From: Sphingosinicella sp.
GTDB taxonomy: Bacteria; Pseudomonadota; Alphaproteobacteria; Sphingomonadales; Sphingomonadaceae
Assembly (NCBI GenBank): GCA_052386895.1
Contig: JBQTJR010000020.1
Location: forward strand, 17,481-81,480
DNA length: 64,000 bases
Direction of reading: 5' to 3'
Shown here: positions 18,997 to 29,654 of the stretch, piece by piece
How the letters are laid out: the number at the start of each line of letters is the position of its first letter
How positions within the stretch are numbered: position 1 is the stretch's first letter
The notes under the pieces: generated by a model
The model's input: only the letters and a program-made list of their open reading frames with translations
What the model was told of the DNA's origin: nothing
Database searches by the model: none
Program-made: the position numbers and the translations under genes

Positions 18997-19842
18997 ATGC
19001 GCAACGCCCTCACCGTCGATGTCGAGGACTGGTTCCAGGTTGGCGCGTTCGAATCGGTGATCGCCCGCGAAGCCTGGGGCTCGCTGCCGAGTCGGGTTGA
19101 GCGCAATACCGACGCGGTCCTTGACCTGTTTGCCGAACACAAGGTGAAGGCGACCTTCTTCACTTTGGGCTGGATCGCAGCCCGCTTTCCCAAGCTGATC
19201 GCCAGGATAAGCGAAAGCGGTCACGAGCTGGCCAGCCACGGCTGGGATCACCGCCGCGTTTTCACCTTGAAGGAAGATCAGTTCCGGCTCGATCTCGAAC
19301 ATGCTCGGGCGGCGATCGAGGATGCCGGCGGCCAGCGCGTCACTGGCTATCGCGCGCCCAGTTTCTCGATCGATCAGCGCACGCCGTGGGCTCACCAAGT
19401 GCTGGCCGAGCACGGCTATGGCTATTCGTCGAGCGTCGCACCGATCCGGCACGATCATTATGGCTGGCCGGGATCGCCGCGCTTCGCATGGCGACCGCTC
19501 GCCGACAGCGACCTAATCGAATTCCCGGTCTCGACCGTGCGTGTCGCCGGCCGAACGATGCCCGCCGCGGGCGGCGGCTTCTTCCGCCTGTTGCCTTACG
19601 CTTTCTCGTCCTGGGCGGTGAACAGGCTCAACGACCACGCGGGGCGGCCGGCCGTCTTTTATTTTCACCCCTGGGAGATCGATCCCGGTCAGCCGCGGCT
19701 GTCACGGGCGCCGCTGAAATCGCGTCTCCGCCATTATTCCGGCCTCGCCGCGATGCATGGCAAGCTCTCGCGGCTGCTGCGCGATCACCAATGGGGACGG
19801 CTCGACGAAGTCATCGCCGACGAAAAGGCGCGGTTGGAATGA
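18997..19842 (+). CDS. Polysaccharide deacetylase, XrtA system
   Basis: TVDVEDWFQ, ATFF, HELASHG, GYRAPSFSI, YFHPWEIDP. Confidence 0.94.
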   Translation: MRNALTVDVEDWFQVGAFESVIAREAWGSLPSRVERNTDAVLDLFAEHKVKATFFTLGWIAARFPKLIARISESGHELASHGWDHRRVFTLKEDQFRLDLEHARAAIEDAGGQRVTGYRAPSFSIDQRTPWAHQVLAEHGYGYSSSVAPIRHDHYGWPGSPRFAWRPLADSDLIEFPVSTVRVAGRTMPAAGGGFFRLLPYAFSSWAVNRLNDHAGRPAVFYFHPWEIDPGQPRLSRAPLKSRLRHYSGLAAMHGKLSRLLRDHQWGRLDEVIADEKARLE

Positions 19843-20906
19843 ACGCGCCTGCCTCGATCACAAGCCTCAATGTGCGGCTGGCCGACCTGGCCGAGGCGCG
19901 CGAGCGCGAACGGATCGACGCCTTCGTGCGGCATCATCCGCGCGGCTCGCTGTTCCATCGGCCACACTGGATCGAGGGAGTCGAACGCGGCTGCCGCCAG
20001 CGCGGCTTCTACCTGGTCGCCGAGCGCGGCGGCGAGCTGGTCGGCGGGCTGCCGCTGACCGAAATTCGTTCTCGCCTGTTTGGCAACGCCCTGGTCGCGC
20101 CGGGGTTCGCGACCAGCGGTGGAATCCTTGCCGCTGACGCGGAAGCTGGCGATCGCCTGGCAGCGGCGGGCTGGGCGCTGGGTGGCCGGCTCGGCTGTCC
20201 TTCGCTGGAACTGCGCGGCGGGACGCTGCCGGCCGGATGGCGCGAGCAAACTGGACTCTACGCCAATTTCGAGCGGCGGCTGCCGGCCGTGGAAGGAGAT
20301 TTGCTAGCGACGATTCCAAAGCGCCAGCGTGCAGAGGTCCGTCGCGCTCTGGAAGATGGCCTGACCGTCAGCGTCGGCCGCGACGCCCGCCATCGCGCGG
20401 CGCATCGCAAGGTCTATGCCGAGAGCGTCCGCAACCTCGGCACCCCGGTTTTCCCGCATAGCCTGTTCGAGGCGATGCTCGACCGGTTCGGCGAGGAGTC
20501 CGACATCGTCATCGCCTGGAAAGGCGAGCGGCCGATGGCGACGATGCTCACTTTCTACTTCAAACAGTGCGTCATGCCTTACTGGGGCGGTGGCACCGCC
20601 GAGGCCCGGCGCTGGCACGCCAACGATCTCGTCTGGTACGAAACCCTGCGGCTGGGAATTGCTCGCGACTGTCACAGCGCCGATTTCGGTCGCTCGAAGA
20701 TCGGCACCGGCCCCTGGCAGCGCAAGCGCATCTGGGGCTTTAACGAGAAGCCCCTGGTTTACGGCGTACGCACCGAAAACGGGGAGGCCGGGCGCCACGT
20801 CAATCCGCTCGATCCGCGCTACCGCTTCCGGGTCGCGCTGTGGCAGCGCGCGCCGCTTTGGCTCGCGAATCGGGTCGGCCCGCTGATCGCCCGGGGGCTG
20901 GGATGA
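19839..20906 (+). CDS. FemAB-family protein, XrtA/PEP-CTERM system-associated
   Basis: LFHRPHW, IPKRQRAEVR, YAESVRNLGTPVFP, PYWGGG, DFGRSK. Confidence 0.92.
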   Translation: MNAPASITSLNVRLADLAEARERERIDAFVRHHPRGSLFHRPHWIEGVERGCRQRGFYLVAERGGELVGGLPLTEIRSRLFGNALVAPGFATSGGILAADAEAGDRLAAAGWALGGRLGCPSLELRGGTLPAGWREQTGLYANFERRLPAVEGDLLATIPKRQRAEVRRALEDGLTVSVGRDARHRAAHRKVYAESVRNLGTPVFPHSLFEAMLDRFGEESDIVIAWKGERPMATMLTFYFKQCVMPYWGGGTAEARRWHANDLVWYETLRLGIARDCHSADFGRSKIGTGPWQRKRIWGFNEKPLVYGVRTENGEAGRHVNPLDPRYRFRVALWQRAPLWLANRVGPLIARGLG

Positions 20907-22144
20907 ACGAGATTCTCTTCCTCGCTCATCGGATACCCTTCCCGCCGAACCGCGGAGACAAGATCCGCTCGTGGCACCTGCTCGATCGGCTCGGTCGGAT
21001 GGGCAAAGTGCATCTCGGCTGCCTTGCCGATAATGAAACGGATGCGGCGCACCTTGCTGCCTTACGCGTAGCAATGGGCAGCCGGCTGGGAGATGTTTGC
21101 GTGGCAGTCAGGCGCAAAGGGAGAGTCGCCGCGCTGGCTGGCGCGCTGCGCCATCGCAAGCCGGTGTCGCTGCGCCTGTTCGACAGCCCCGCGCTGCGTT
21201 GTTTCGTGCATGAAAAACTGGCGCCCCAGAGCCCCGTCGAGGCGGTCCTCGCTTATTCCGGCCAGACCGCGCAGTTCCTGCCTGCCAGCCTGCGCGCTCG
21301 CCTGGTAATGGATTTCGGCGACGTCGATTCCGAGAAATTTGCCGAATATGCCCTTCGAGGCCGGTGGCCGCTAAGTTGGCTCTATCGCCGCGAGGCGCGC
21401 TTGCTTTCGGCGTTCGAGCGGGAAGTGGCGGCGAGCGCCGAGGCTGTTACCTTCGTCAGCGAAGCGGAAGCCGCTTTGTTTCGCTCGATGACCGGTTTGG
21501 CCAACATCCACGCTCTGCCCAACGGGGTCGATTCCCACCGGTTCGATCCCGATGCGGACTTTCCCTGCTTGCGGCCCGAGCAACGGCCGCCGCGGCCGAC
21601 CCTGCTTTTCACCGGCCAGATGGATTATCCGCCCAATGTCGACGCGGTGCGCTGGTTTGCACTTCACGTCCTGCCGCTGCTGCCGAGCGGGCATTTCGTA
21701 ATCGCCGGGCGCAACCCGGCGGCCGCGGTCAAGGCACTGGCCGGGCCGCAGGTCACCATCACCGGCGAAGTCGCCGATATGCGCAGCTGGCTAGCGGTCG
21801 CCGACATCGTCGTTGCGCCTTTGCGCATCGCCCGCGGCATCCAGAACAAGGTACTCGAAGCGATGGCAATGGCCCGGCCTGTAGTCGCAAGTCCAGCTGC
21901 CTTCGCCGGGATCGAGGCCGAACCGGGCCATCACCTTGTCGTCACCGATAGCGCCGAGATGATGGCTTCGGAACTCGTCGGCTTGCTGGCCGACCCCGCC
22001 CGTAGCGCCGCTATCGGCCGCGCCGCGCGCCAGCACGTGTTCGATCACTATCGCTGGGATCGTTGTCTAGACTCGCTCGACTCTCTGCTCTTTCCTGAGC
22101 CGTCGGAACGGGTGGGCGTAACCTGTCTCGGGGCGGCAGCATGA
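20903..22144 (+). CDS. GT4 glycosyltransferase, PEP-CTERM/XrtA system
   Basis: FLAHRIPFPPNRGDKIRS, DVDSEKF, FTGQMDYPPNVDA, RGIQNKVLEAMAM. Confidence 0.93.
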   Translation: MNEILFLAHRIPFPPNRGDKIRSWHLLDRLGRMGKVHLGCLADNETDAAHLAALRVAMGSRLGDVCVAVRRKGRVAALAGALRHRKPVSLRLFDSPALRCFVHEKLAPQSPVEAVLAYSGQTAQFLPASLRARLVMDFGDVDSEKFAEYALRGRWPLSWLYRREARLLSAFEREVAASAEAVTFVSEAEAALFRSMTGLANIHALPNGVDSHRFDPDADFPCLRPEQRPPRPTLLFTGQMDYPPNVDAVRWFALHVLPLLPSGHFVIAGRNPAAAVKALAGPQVTITGEVADMRSWLAVADIVVAPLRIARGIQNKVLEAMAMARPVVASPAAFAGIEAEPGHHLVVTDSAEMMASELVGLLADPARSAAIGRAARQHVFDHYRWDRCLDSLDSLLFPEPSERVGVTCLGAAA

Positions 22145-23025
22145 CCTTTGCGATTCCCTGGCCGACGGATCGCCGCCGAGCCGGCACCTGGCGGGCGCAC
22201 CTCGCTATGCTAGGGGCTGCCTGGGCGGGCTTGCTCGTCTTGTTCATTGGTGACGCGGCCGACCTGGTCTCGGTCTGGTGGAACAGTTCGACCTTCAACC
22301 ACTGCCTCCTGATCGTGCCGATCATCGCCTGGCTGGTGTGGCAACGAGTGCCGCACCTGCGATCGATGAGCCCAGCCTTTTGGATGTGGGGATTGGCCTC
22401 GATCGTCCTAGGCGGGTTCGTCTGGCTGGTCGGCAATGTCGGCGACATCAACATCGCCCGTCAGGCCGGTCTGCTGCTGATGATGCAGGGCGCAGTGCTC
22501 AGTTGCCTTGGGCTGCGCGTCGCCCGGGTGCTCGCTTTTCCGCTCCTCTACGCCCTATTCCTGCTTCCGATCGGCGAGGAACTGGTCCCGCCGTTGCAGA
22601 CCGTCACGGCCTACATGACAGCCGGCTTGTTGTGGTTGAGCGGCGTACCGGCTTACTTTGAAGGCATCTACATCACCATCCCCAACGGGCTGTTCGAAAT
22701 CGCCGAGGCCTGCGCAGGGGTGAAATTCCTGGTTGCGATGTTGGCGCTGGCGGCGCTGGTGATGCACCTGTGCTTCCGTTCGTGGCGGCGCCGGCTGACC
22801 TTTCTCATGGTGGCCATCGTGGTGCCGATCCTGGCCAATGGGATTCGCGCCTGGGCAACGATCTATGTCGCGCATTTGACCGGGATCGAGACCGCCGAGG
22901 GCTTCGACCATGTCGTCTATGGCTGGCTATTTTTCGCGATCGTGATCTTCCTGGTAATGGTGATCGGCTGGCGGTTCTTCGATCGCGGGCCGGACGACGA
23001 TCGCTTCGCCGTTGAGCGACCATAG
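22141..23025 (+). CDS. xrtA: Exosortase A (membrane domain only, no EpsI domain)
   Basis: 8-TM pattern, WWNSSTFNH, catalytic Cys (EACAG), Arg (ANGIRA) and His (FDHVVYGW). Confidence 0.92.
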   Translation: MTFAIPWPTDRRRAGTWRAHLAMLGAAWAGLLVLFIGDAADLVSVWWNSSTFNHCLLIVPIIAWLVWQRVPHLRSMSPAFWMWGLASIVLGGFVWLVGNVGDINIARQAGLLLMMQGAVLSCLGLRVARVLAFPLLYALFLLPIGEELVPPLQTVTAYMTAGLLWLSGVPAYFEGIYITIPNGLFEIAEACAGVKFLVAMLALAALVMHLCFRSWRRRLTFLMVAIVVPILANGIRAWATIYVAHLTGIETAEGFDHVVYGWLFFAIVIFLVMVIGWRFFDRGPDDDRFAVERP

Positions 23026-23028
23026 TCC

Positions 23029-24951
23029 ATGTGCGGCATAGCGGGAATTTTCCACACCGATGCGCCAAGGCCGGTCGATGCTGGCGCGCTGGCGGCAATG
23101 ACCGAGGTGCTGGCTCATCGCGGGCCCGACGGCAGCGGACTTTGGACCAGGCCGGGGATTGGCCTTGGCCACCGCCGCCTGGCGATCATCGACCTCAGCG
23201 ACGCGGCCTCCCAGCCGATGGCGTCGCCCGACCGCAGCTGTGTGGTCAGTTACAATGGCGAAATCTACAATTTCCGCGAGGTGCGCGCCGAGCTTGAGCA
23301 GCGCGGCCACGTCTTCTTCTCCAACAGCGACACCGAGGTTATCCTCGCCGCCTGGCGGCAATGGGGGCCGGACAGTCTGAAACGGCTCAACGGCATGTTC
23401 GCGTTCGCGCTCTACGATTCGCGCCGCGACATGCTGCTGCTGGCGCGCGATCGCATCGGCGTGAAGCCGCTGCACTACAGCCTGCTGGCCGACGGAACGC
23501 TCATTTTCGCCTCCGAGCTCAAGGGGCTGCTCGCCCATCCACGCGTGCGGCGCGACATCTGCCCGACCGCGATCGATGACTTCCTCGCTCTCGGCTATGT
23601 CCCCGACGATACCGCCATCCTCGACGGTGTCAGCAAGCTGCCAGCTGGCCATTATCTCCTCCTTCGTCGCGGCAAGGGGGTGCCCGAGCCGATTTCCTGG
23701 TGGGATGCCGATTTCAGCCAAAGCGACCCGCGCTCCGAGGACGAACTTGCTGAGGAGTTGGCCGAATATCTGCGCAACGCCGTCCGTTCGCGGATGATCG
23801 CGGACGTGCCGCTCGGCGCCTTTCTCTCGGGCGGCGTCGACAGCTCGGCGGTGGTGGCATTGATGGCCGAGGCCAGCAGCGCGCCGGTCGAAACCTGCTC
23901 GATCGGCTTCGATCAGGCCGATCATGACGAAAGCGAGCACGCCGCGCGGGTCGCGGCCTTGTACGCGACCCGGCATCGCCGCCGCGTCGTCAGCCCCGAC
24001 GATTTCATCCTGATCGACCGGCTTGCCGCCGCGTTCGACGAGCCTTTCGCCGACGCCTCGGCGCTCGCCACCTTTCGCCTTTGTGAGCTAGCGCGCGAGG
24101 GCGGGAAAGTCGCCTTGTCGGGGGACGGCGCCGACGAAGCTTTCGCCGGCTATCGGCGCTACCGCTTGTTTCTTGCCGAGGAACGCTGGCGGCGCGCGTT
24201 GCCTCGGCCATTGCGAGCGGTGACCGCCTTGCTGGGCAACCATTATCCGAAGCTGGATTGGGCGCCGCAATGGCTGCGCGCACGGACCAGCCTGCAGGCC
24301 GTCGGCCAATCGAGCGGTGAAGCTTATGCGGGTGCGGTCGGCGTCACGCCGCCCCAGTTGCGTGTCATGCTTTACACGTCAAATTTCTCGAAAAAACTGT
24401 CCGGCCATCGCGCCGAGGATCGCTACGTTCGCAGCTACGAACAAGCGCCGGCAAACGATCCCCTCTCGCGCGCTCAATATGCCGATCTCAAAATCTGGCT
24501 TCCCGGCGATATCCTTGCCAAAATCGATCGCACCAGCATGGCGGTCGGGCTCGAGGCCCGCGAACCGTTGCTCGATCATCGCCTGGTCGAATTTGCCGGC
24601 CGGTTGCCTGCCAGGATGCGTCTCCGCGGCGGCCGCGGCAAATGGCTGATGAAACGGGCGCTTTCCCGGCACCTGCCGGACGACATCCTTCACCGTCGCA
24701 AGATGGGCTTCGTCACACCGGTTTCGGCCTGGTTCCGTGGCGCGCTGGCAAGCGATGCGGCAGCGGTCGCCGCCAGTCCTTTGCTGGTCGGAAGCGGCTG
24801 GCTCGATGGGCCAGCGCTGGCTCGGATCGCCGACGATCATCGCGCCGGACGGGGCGATTATGGCCGGCTGCTGTGGCAAATGCTGATGCTCGATCGCTCG
24901 CTCCGGCACCTCCTTGGGTTCGGCGAGGAAGGCCTCAGAAAATCGGCCTGA
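23029..24951 (+). CDS. Asparagine synthase-like amidotransferase, XrtA/PEP-CTERM system
   Basis: MCGIAG N-terminal Cys, [34 protein letters not shown]. Confidence 0.94.
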   Translation: MCGIAGIFHTDAPRPVDAGALAAMTEVLAHRGPDGSGLWTRPGIGLGHRRLAIIDLSDAASQPMASPDRSCVVSYNGEIYNFREVRAELEQRGHVFFSNSDTEVILAAWRQWGPDSLKRLNGMFAFALYDSRRDMLLLARDRIGVKPLHYSLLADGTLIFASELKGLLAHPRVRRDICPTAIDDFLALGYVPDDTAILDGVSKLPAGHYLLLRRGKGVPEPISWWDADFSQSDPRSEDELAEELAEYLRNAVRSRMIADVPLGAFLSGGVDSSAVVALMAEASSAPVETCSIGFDQADHDESEHAARVAALYATRHRRRVVSPDDFILIDRLAAAFDEPFADASALATFRLCELAREGGKVALSGDGADEAFAGYRRYRLFLAEERWRRALPRPLRAVTALLGNHYPKLDWAPQWLRARTSLQAVGQSSGEAYAGAVGVTPPQLRVMLYTSNFSKKLSGHRAEDRYVRSYEQAPANDPLSRAQYADLKIWLPGDILAKIDRTSMAVGLEAREPLLDHRLVEFAGRLPARMRLRGGRGKWLMKRALSRHLPDDILHRRKMGFVTPVSAWFRGALASDAAAVAASPLLVGSGWLDGPALARIADDHRAGRGDYGRLLWQMLMLDRSLRHLLGFGEEGLRKSA

Positions 24952-25708
24952 GCGGCCGAATTTCGCCTTCCGGGTAAATCGCCTCGACGAAATACAGCCC
25001 GTCGGGTGGGGCATTCAGCCCAAGGGCGTTGCGGTCGCGGGCGTCCAGCGCCGCCACGAGATCGGCTTCCGACCATTTGCCTCGTCCGACCAGCTGCAGG
25101 CAGCCGACCATCGAGCGCACTTGGTGGTGGAGGAAGGAACGGGCGGCCGCCTCGATCTCGATCGTCTCGCCGCGGCGCGTCACGGTCAGCCGGTCGAGCG
25201 TCTTGACCGGGCTTTCGGCCTGGCAATAGGCGGAGCGGAAGGTGGTGAAGTCGTGGCGTCCTACCAGTCTCTGTGCCGCATGGTGCATGACATCGGCGTG
25301 TAGCACCACCGGCACCCGCCACGCATGGCCGGCGTCGAGTGCCAGCGGCGCGCGCCGGTTGACGATGCGGTAGAGATAGCGTCGGCCGACACAGCTGAAC
25401 CGAGCATGGAAGTCAGCCGGTACTGCTTCGGAGTGGAGGATGGCGATCGGTTGCGGCCGCAGCTTGGCGTTGAGGCCGGCAACGAGCCGGAAGCTTGTGA
25501 TCGGCCGCTCGATGTCGGCATGGGCGGTCATCGCCAGCGCATGGACGCCGGCATCGGTGCGGCCGGCGGCGTGCAACGATACCTCTTCCCCGATCAGGGC
25601 GGCGATCGCCTCCTCGATCGCTTGTTGTACCGTTGGCCCATGCGCCTGGCGTTGCCAGCCCATGAACGGGCGGCCGTCATATTCGATGGTCAGGCGAAAT
25701 CGCGTCAT
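24935..25708 (-). CDS. truA: tRNA pseudouridine(38-40) synthase
   Basis: [41 protein letters not shown]. Confidence 0.96.
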   Translation of the reverse strand: MTRFRLTIEYDGRPFMGWQRQAHGPTVQQAIEEAIAALIGEEVSLHAAGRTDAGVHALAMTAHADIERPITSFRLVAGLNAKLRPQPIAILHSEAVPADFHARFSCVGRRYLYRIVNRRAPLALDAGHAWRVPVVLHADVMHHAAQRLVGRHDFTTFRSAYCQAESPVKTLDRLTVTRRGETIEIEAAARSFLHHQVRSMVGCLQLVGRGKWSEADLVAALDARDRNALGLNAPPDGLYFVEAIYPEGEIRPLRPIF

Positions 25709-26610
25709 TCCAGCTTGGTGCCGCGCGGTATCGGAAAACCGCGCAGCAGTTCCTCGACGGACATGATTTTGCGCCCGCTGCGTTGCACCCGCCCGGGCCG
25801 TATCGCTCCGGCACCGCAGGCAATGGTAAGCCGATCGTCGAGCACGCTGCCTGGCGGTCCGGCGTCTTCGACGACCTGGGTGCGCAAGACGCGGATGCGC
25901 TCGCCGCGATAGTCGAACCAGGCGCCAGGTGAGGGGCTGAATGCGCGCACATGCCGTTCGACCTGCTTGGCCGCTCTGGAAAAGTCCAATCGGCTTTCGC
26001 TCTTGTCAAACTTGCTCGCGTAGGTAACGCCATCAGCCGGCTGTAGCACCGGGACCAGCTTGTCGAGCTGGCCGAGGACTTCGACCATCAGCGCCGCGCC
26101 GATCTCCGCCAGCTCGACGCCAAGCGTGCCGGCGTTCTTTTCGCCGACCGCGATCTCCCTCGCCGCATAGACCGGGCCTGTGTCGAGCCCCTGTTCCATC
26201 CGCATGATTGAAACGCCGGTGCACGTGTCGCCGGCGAGGATCGCCCGCTGGATCGGCGCGGCGCCCCGCCAGCGCGGCAGCAGCGAGGCATGGACATTGA
26301 GACAGCCATGAACCGGTGCCGCCAGTATGGGCTCCGGCAGGATCAACCCGTAAGCGGCGACCACCGCTGCATCGAGATTGAGCGCAGAAAAGGCCGCTTG
26401 TGCGGCAGTATCGCGCAAAGTCAGAGGCGTGCGGATTTCGATGCCGAGTGCCTCGGCCTGCACCTGCACCGGCGAAGGAGTGGGCTCCTTGCCTCGGCCC
26501 GCCGGGCGCGGCGGCTGGGAATAGACCGCGACCACTTCGTGGTCCGCCGCGACCAGCGCGTCGAGCGTCGGCACCGCGAAGTCCGGCGTACCCATGAAGG
26601 CGAGGCGCAT
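25705..26610 (-). CDS. fmt: Methionyl-tRNA formyltransferase
   Basis: [31 protein letters not shown]. Confidence 0.96.
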   Translation of the reverse strand: MRLAFMGTPDFAVPTLDALVAADHEVVAVYSQPPRPAGRGKEPTPSPVQVQAEALGIEIRTPLTLRDTAAQAAFSALNLDAAVVAAYGLILPEPILAAPVHGCLNVHASLLPRWRGAAPIQRAILAGDTCTGVSIMRMEQGLDTGPVYAAREIAVGEKNAGTLGVELAEIGAALMVEVLGQLDKLVPVLQPADGVTYASKFDKSESRLDFSRAAKQVERHVRAFSPSPGAWFDYRGERIRVLRTQVVEDAGPPGSVLDDRLTIACGAGAIRPGRVQRSGRKIMSVEELLRGFPIPRGTKLE

Positions 26611-26687
26611 GGCTGGCGGTCTAGTGCGCGCTACTGCCAACGCCAAACCGGCTTGCCGGTCCGGCGGCGCGCCCCCTAAGTCGGCCT

Positions 26688-27284
26688 ATGGCTTCCCAGC
26701 AGATCGAGGCCTTGGTTTCCGCGCTGGCGCGTTTGCCGGGCCTGGGTCCCCGTTCGGCCCGACGCGCCGTGCTCTATCTGCTCAAGAAGCGCGAGGTGGC
26801 GCTGACGCCGTTGCTGCGTGCCCTCGAACAGGTGAGCGAGGCACTGGTGCTTTGCTCGAACTGCGGCAATGCCGATACCGCCGATCCCTGCCACGTCTGC
26901 ACCGACTCGAGGCGCGATGCTCGGCTGATCTGCGTCGTCGAGGAAGTGGCGGACCTGTGGGCGCTCGATCGCTCGCGGCTTTTCCCCGGCCGATTCCACG
27001 TGCTTGGCGGCCGGCTGTCGGCGCTGGAAGGCGTGCGGCCGGAGGATCTTGCGATCGACAAGCTGCTTACCCGCCTTGCGGCCGGGGGGATTGACGAGGT
27101 CGTGCTGGCGATGAATGCCACGCTGGAGGGCCAGACCACCGCCCATTATCTCGCCGAGCGGCTCGAATCCTTCCCGATTCGCGTCACCCAGCTTGCCCAC
27201 GGCCTGCCGGTCGGCGGCGAGCTCGATTATCTCGACGAGGGCACGCTAGCGCAGGCGCTGCGGGCTCGCCGTCCGGTGAGCTGA
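26688..27284 (+). CDS. recR: Recombination mediator RecR
   Basis: [12 protein letters not shown]4 zinc finger, [27 protein letters not shown]. Confidence 0.97.
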   Translation: MASQQIEALVSALARLPGLGPRSARRAVLYLLKKREVALTPLLRALEQVSEALVLCSNCGNADTADPCHVCTDSRRDARLICVVEEVADLWALDRSRLFPGRFHVLGGRLSALEGVRPEDLAIDKLLTRLAAGGIDEVVLAMNATLEGQTTAHYLAERLESFPIRVTQLAHGLPVGGELDYLDEGTLAQALRARRPVS

Positions 27285-27334
27285 TCCGCCGCTGCTTCCT
27301 TGAAGGCGAGGGGGGTTCGCCCTAGATTTTGGCG

Positions 27335-27877
27335 ATGGCGCTGCTTCCGATCTTCGAAACGCCCCACACGATTCTCAAGCACATCTCCTCGCCGGTGGAG
27401 GAGATCGATGATGGCGTGCGCAAGCTGATCGACGACATGTTCGACACCATGTACGCGGCGCCCGGCATCGGTTTGGCGGCGATCCAGGTCGGCGTACCCA
27501 AGCGGCTGCTGGTGATCGACCTGCAGGAGCCGGTCGAGGAAGGCGGCGAGCCGGTGCGCGATCCGCGCGTGTTCATCAATCCCGAAATCCTCGAAACGTC
27601 CGATACAACCGTTCCCTACCAGGAAGGATGCCTGTCCGTGCCGGATCAATATGCAGAGGTGATTCGGCCGGACCGCGTGCGCGCCCGCTGGCTCGATGGC
27701 GACGGTACAAAATACGAGGAGTGGATCGACGGCTTGCTGGCGGTCTGCCTGCAGCACGAGATTGACCACCTGAACGGCATCTTGTTCATCGACCATCTGT
27801 CGCGGCTGAAGCGCGACATGATCATGAAAAAGCTCGCCAAGGCGCGCAAGGAAATGGCCCCGCAGCAGGCGGCCTAA
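27335..27877 (+). CDS. def: Peptide deformylase
   Basis: GIGLAAIQ, EGCLS, QHEIDHLNG. Confidence 0.97.
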   Translation: MALLPIFETPHTILKHISSPVEEIDDGVRKLIDDMFDTMYAAPGIGLAAIQVGVPKRLLVIDLQEPVEEGGEPVRDPRVFINPEILETSDTTVPYQEGCLSVPDQYAEVIRPDRVRARWLDGDGTKYEEWIDGLLAVCLQHEIDHLNGILFIDHLSRLKRDMIMKKLAKARKEMAPQQAA

Positions 27878-27943
27878 ATCAGGGCCCGGGAAATCGGATG
27901 ATGTGCTGCGCCGGCGGTTGAGCGCGCCGCCGCGCTAGTCTAG

Positions 27944-27958
27944 GTTCGTGCTTCGTTC
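27944..27958. promoter_or_regulatory. Alphaproteobacterial LexA (SOS) box GTTC-N7-GTTC upstream of rmuC
   Basis: GTTC gtgcttc GTTC, 17 bp before the GTG and just downstream of a TTGAGC...GCTAGTCT promoter-like sequence. Confidence 0.75.
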
Positions 27959-27975
27959 CTCGCGGGATTTGTATC

Positions 27976-29226
27976 GTGGACCAGAGCCTTCTTCTCATAG
28001 TCGTCACCGTCGCTTTGGCCGTCGGGCTGGCGCTCGGCTGGCTTGCCGGAAGCTATCGATCAGCGGCGCGAGTTGCCGCGCTTGAAGCGGATGCGCGCAA
28101 TTTCGAAGCCCGCCTCGCCGAGCTGCGTGAAGCAAAGGATGGTCTCACTGCCCAGTTTCACGAGGTCGGCTCGAAACTGCTCGGCGACATTCAGAAGCAA
28201 TTTCTCGAGCGGGCCGATGCGCGCTTCAGCCAGGCAAACGAGAAGAGCGAGGCGCAGATGAAGGCACTGCTGCAGCCGGTCGAGACGGTGCTGAAGCGTT
28301 ACGAAGAAGGGCTGAAGGCGGTCGAGAAGGAACGGCTCGATCATTATGCCGGGCTCCGCGAAGCGGTGAAGCTGCTACACGACGGCCACACCCAGGTTCG
28401 TGAGGAGACGGCGCGGCTGGTTAACGCCCTTCGTGCCAGCCCCAAGACACGCGGACGCTGGGGCGAGCAGAGTTTGCGCAACGTGCTTGAGCAGGCCGGC
28501 CTGTCGCCTTATGCCGATTTCCAGACCGAAGTATCGACCGAAGGCGACGAAGGCCGGTTGCGGCCCGACGTGATCGTGCAGCTTCCCGGAGGCCGCAAGC
28601 TGATCATCGACGCCAAATGCTCTTTGAATGCCTATCTCGACGCGAACGAAGAAGCCGACGACAAGGCGCGCACATCCCTTCTCAAGGCGCATGCCACCGC
28701 CATTCGCAAACATGCCGAACAGCTAGGCTCGAAGAATTATTGGGCCCAGTTCGGCGAAGCGGCCGACTATGTCATCCTTTATATCCCCGGTGAGCATTTC
28801 CTAACGGCCGCGCTGGAACAGGACGATCGGCTGTGGGAGTGGGCCTATGAACGGCGGGTATTGCTGGCGACTCCGACCAACCTGGTGGCCATCGCCCGCA
28901 CCGTGGCGAGCGTATGGCGGCAGGAAAGACTAGCAAGCGAGGCGGCCGAGATCGCCAGGATCGGCAAGGAACTTCACGCTCGGCTGGCGGTGATGGGCGC
29001 GCACGTCGCCAAGCTTGGCCGCAACCTGGAAAATGCGACCGCGGCCTACAACGCGTTCGTCGGCAGCCTTGAAAGCCAGGTGCTGACCCAGGCCAAGAGG
29101 TTCGAGGAGCTCGAGGTGTCGAGCGGCGCCCGCGAGATCGAATCGATGCCGGTGGTGGAAACAGCCCCGCGCCGTCTGACCAAGCTAAGCGAACAGGCCG
29201 AAGTGGAAGCGGAAGCCGTCGAATAA
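27976..29226 (+). CDS. rmuC: DNA recombination protein RmuC
   Basis: N-terminal TM, coiled coil, RGRWGEQSL, RPDVIVQLPGGRKLIIDAK, ATPTNL. Confidence 0.93.
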   Translation: MDQSLLLIVVTVALAVGLALGWLAGSYRSAARVAALEADARNFEARLAELREAKDGLTAQFHEVGSKLLGDIQKQFLERADARFSQANEKSEAQMKALLQPVETVLKRYEEGLKAVEKERLDHYAGLREAVKLLHDGHTQVREETARLVNALRASPKTRGRWGEQSLRNVLEQAGLSPYADFQTEVSTEGDEGRLRPDVIVQLPGGRKLIIDAKCSLNAYLDANEEADDKARTSLLKAHATAIRKHAEQLGSKNYWAQFGEAADYVILYIPGEHFLTAALEQDDRLWEWAYERRVLLATPTNLVAIARTVASVWRQERLASEAAEIARIGKELHARLAVMGAHVAKLGRNLENATAAYNAFVGSLESQVLTQAKRFEELEVSSGAREIESMPVVETAPRRLTKLSEQAEVEAEAVE

Positions 29227-29245
29227 GCCCGCCGGCCGCATAAAG

Positions 29246-29608
29246 CTACAGGTCCCAATCGGGCCGACGAGTGCCGCCGCATCCGGTGACCGTGCGCCCG
29301 TCGGCGCTCACTGTCACCTGGTCGGTGTAACCGTGGCCGCTCATGTCGTCGTTGCAGCGTAAATTGACGATGTCGATCACCAGCCGGCCGGTTTCGAAGC
29401 GGCGTCCACCCTGACGTGCGATTGGGTCCGGCCGGCGAACACTTATCCGTGTCTCGCCATAATCGCCGAGATAGTCGATTCGGTCCGCACTGATCGTCAG
29501 GTTCCAGCCAGGCTCTTGTCCCAACGCTCGGTAACTTTCGGGTTCTGGGGATGGCGAAACAATACAGGCTGCCAGGCCCAGTGAAAGGGCGAGCGCGGTT
29601 CGTCGCAT
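29246..29608 (-). CDS. Putative lipoprotein (COG3650-like)
   Basis: Lipobox LAAC, YRALGQEPGW, CNDDMSG, TGCGG. Confidence 0.8.
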   Translation of the reverse strand: MRRTALALSLGLAACIVSPSPEPESYRALGQEPGWNLTISADRIDYLGDYGETRISVRRPDPIARQGGRRFETGRLVIDIVNLRCNDDMSGHGYTDQVTVSADGRTVTGCGGTRRPDWDL

Positions 29609-29654
29609 GACGCCTTCGTTGCACGACCGGAACGCTCTGGCTAGCCATGGCTCG

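Noticed and set aside
19386-19838. N-terminal extension of the FemAB ORF
   Set aside because: Overlaps the deacetylase in another frame; the true start is the ATG at 19839 overlapping its stop.
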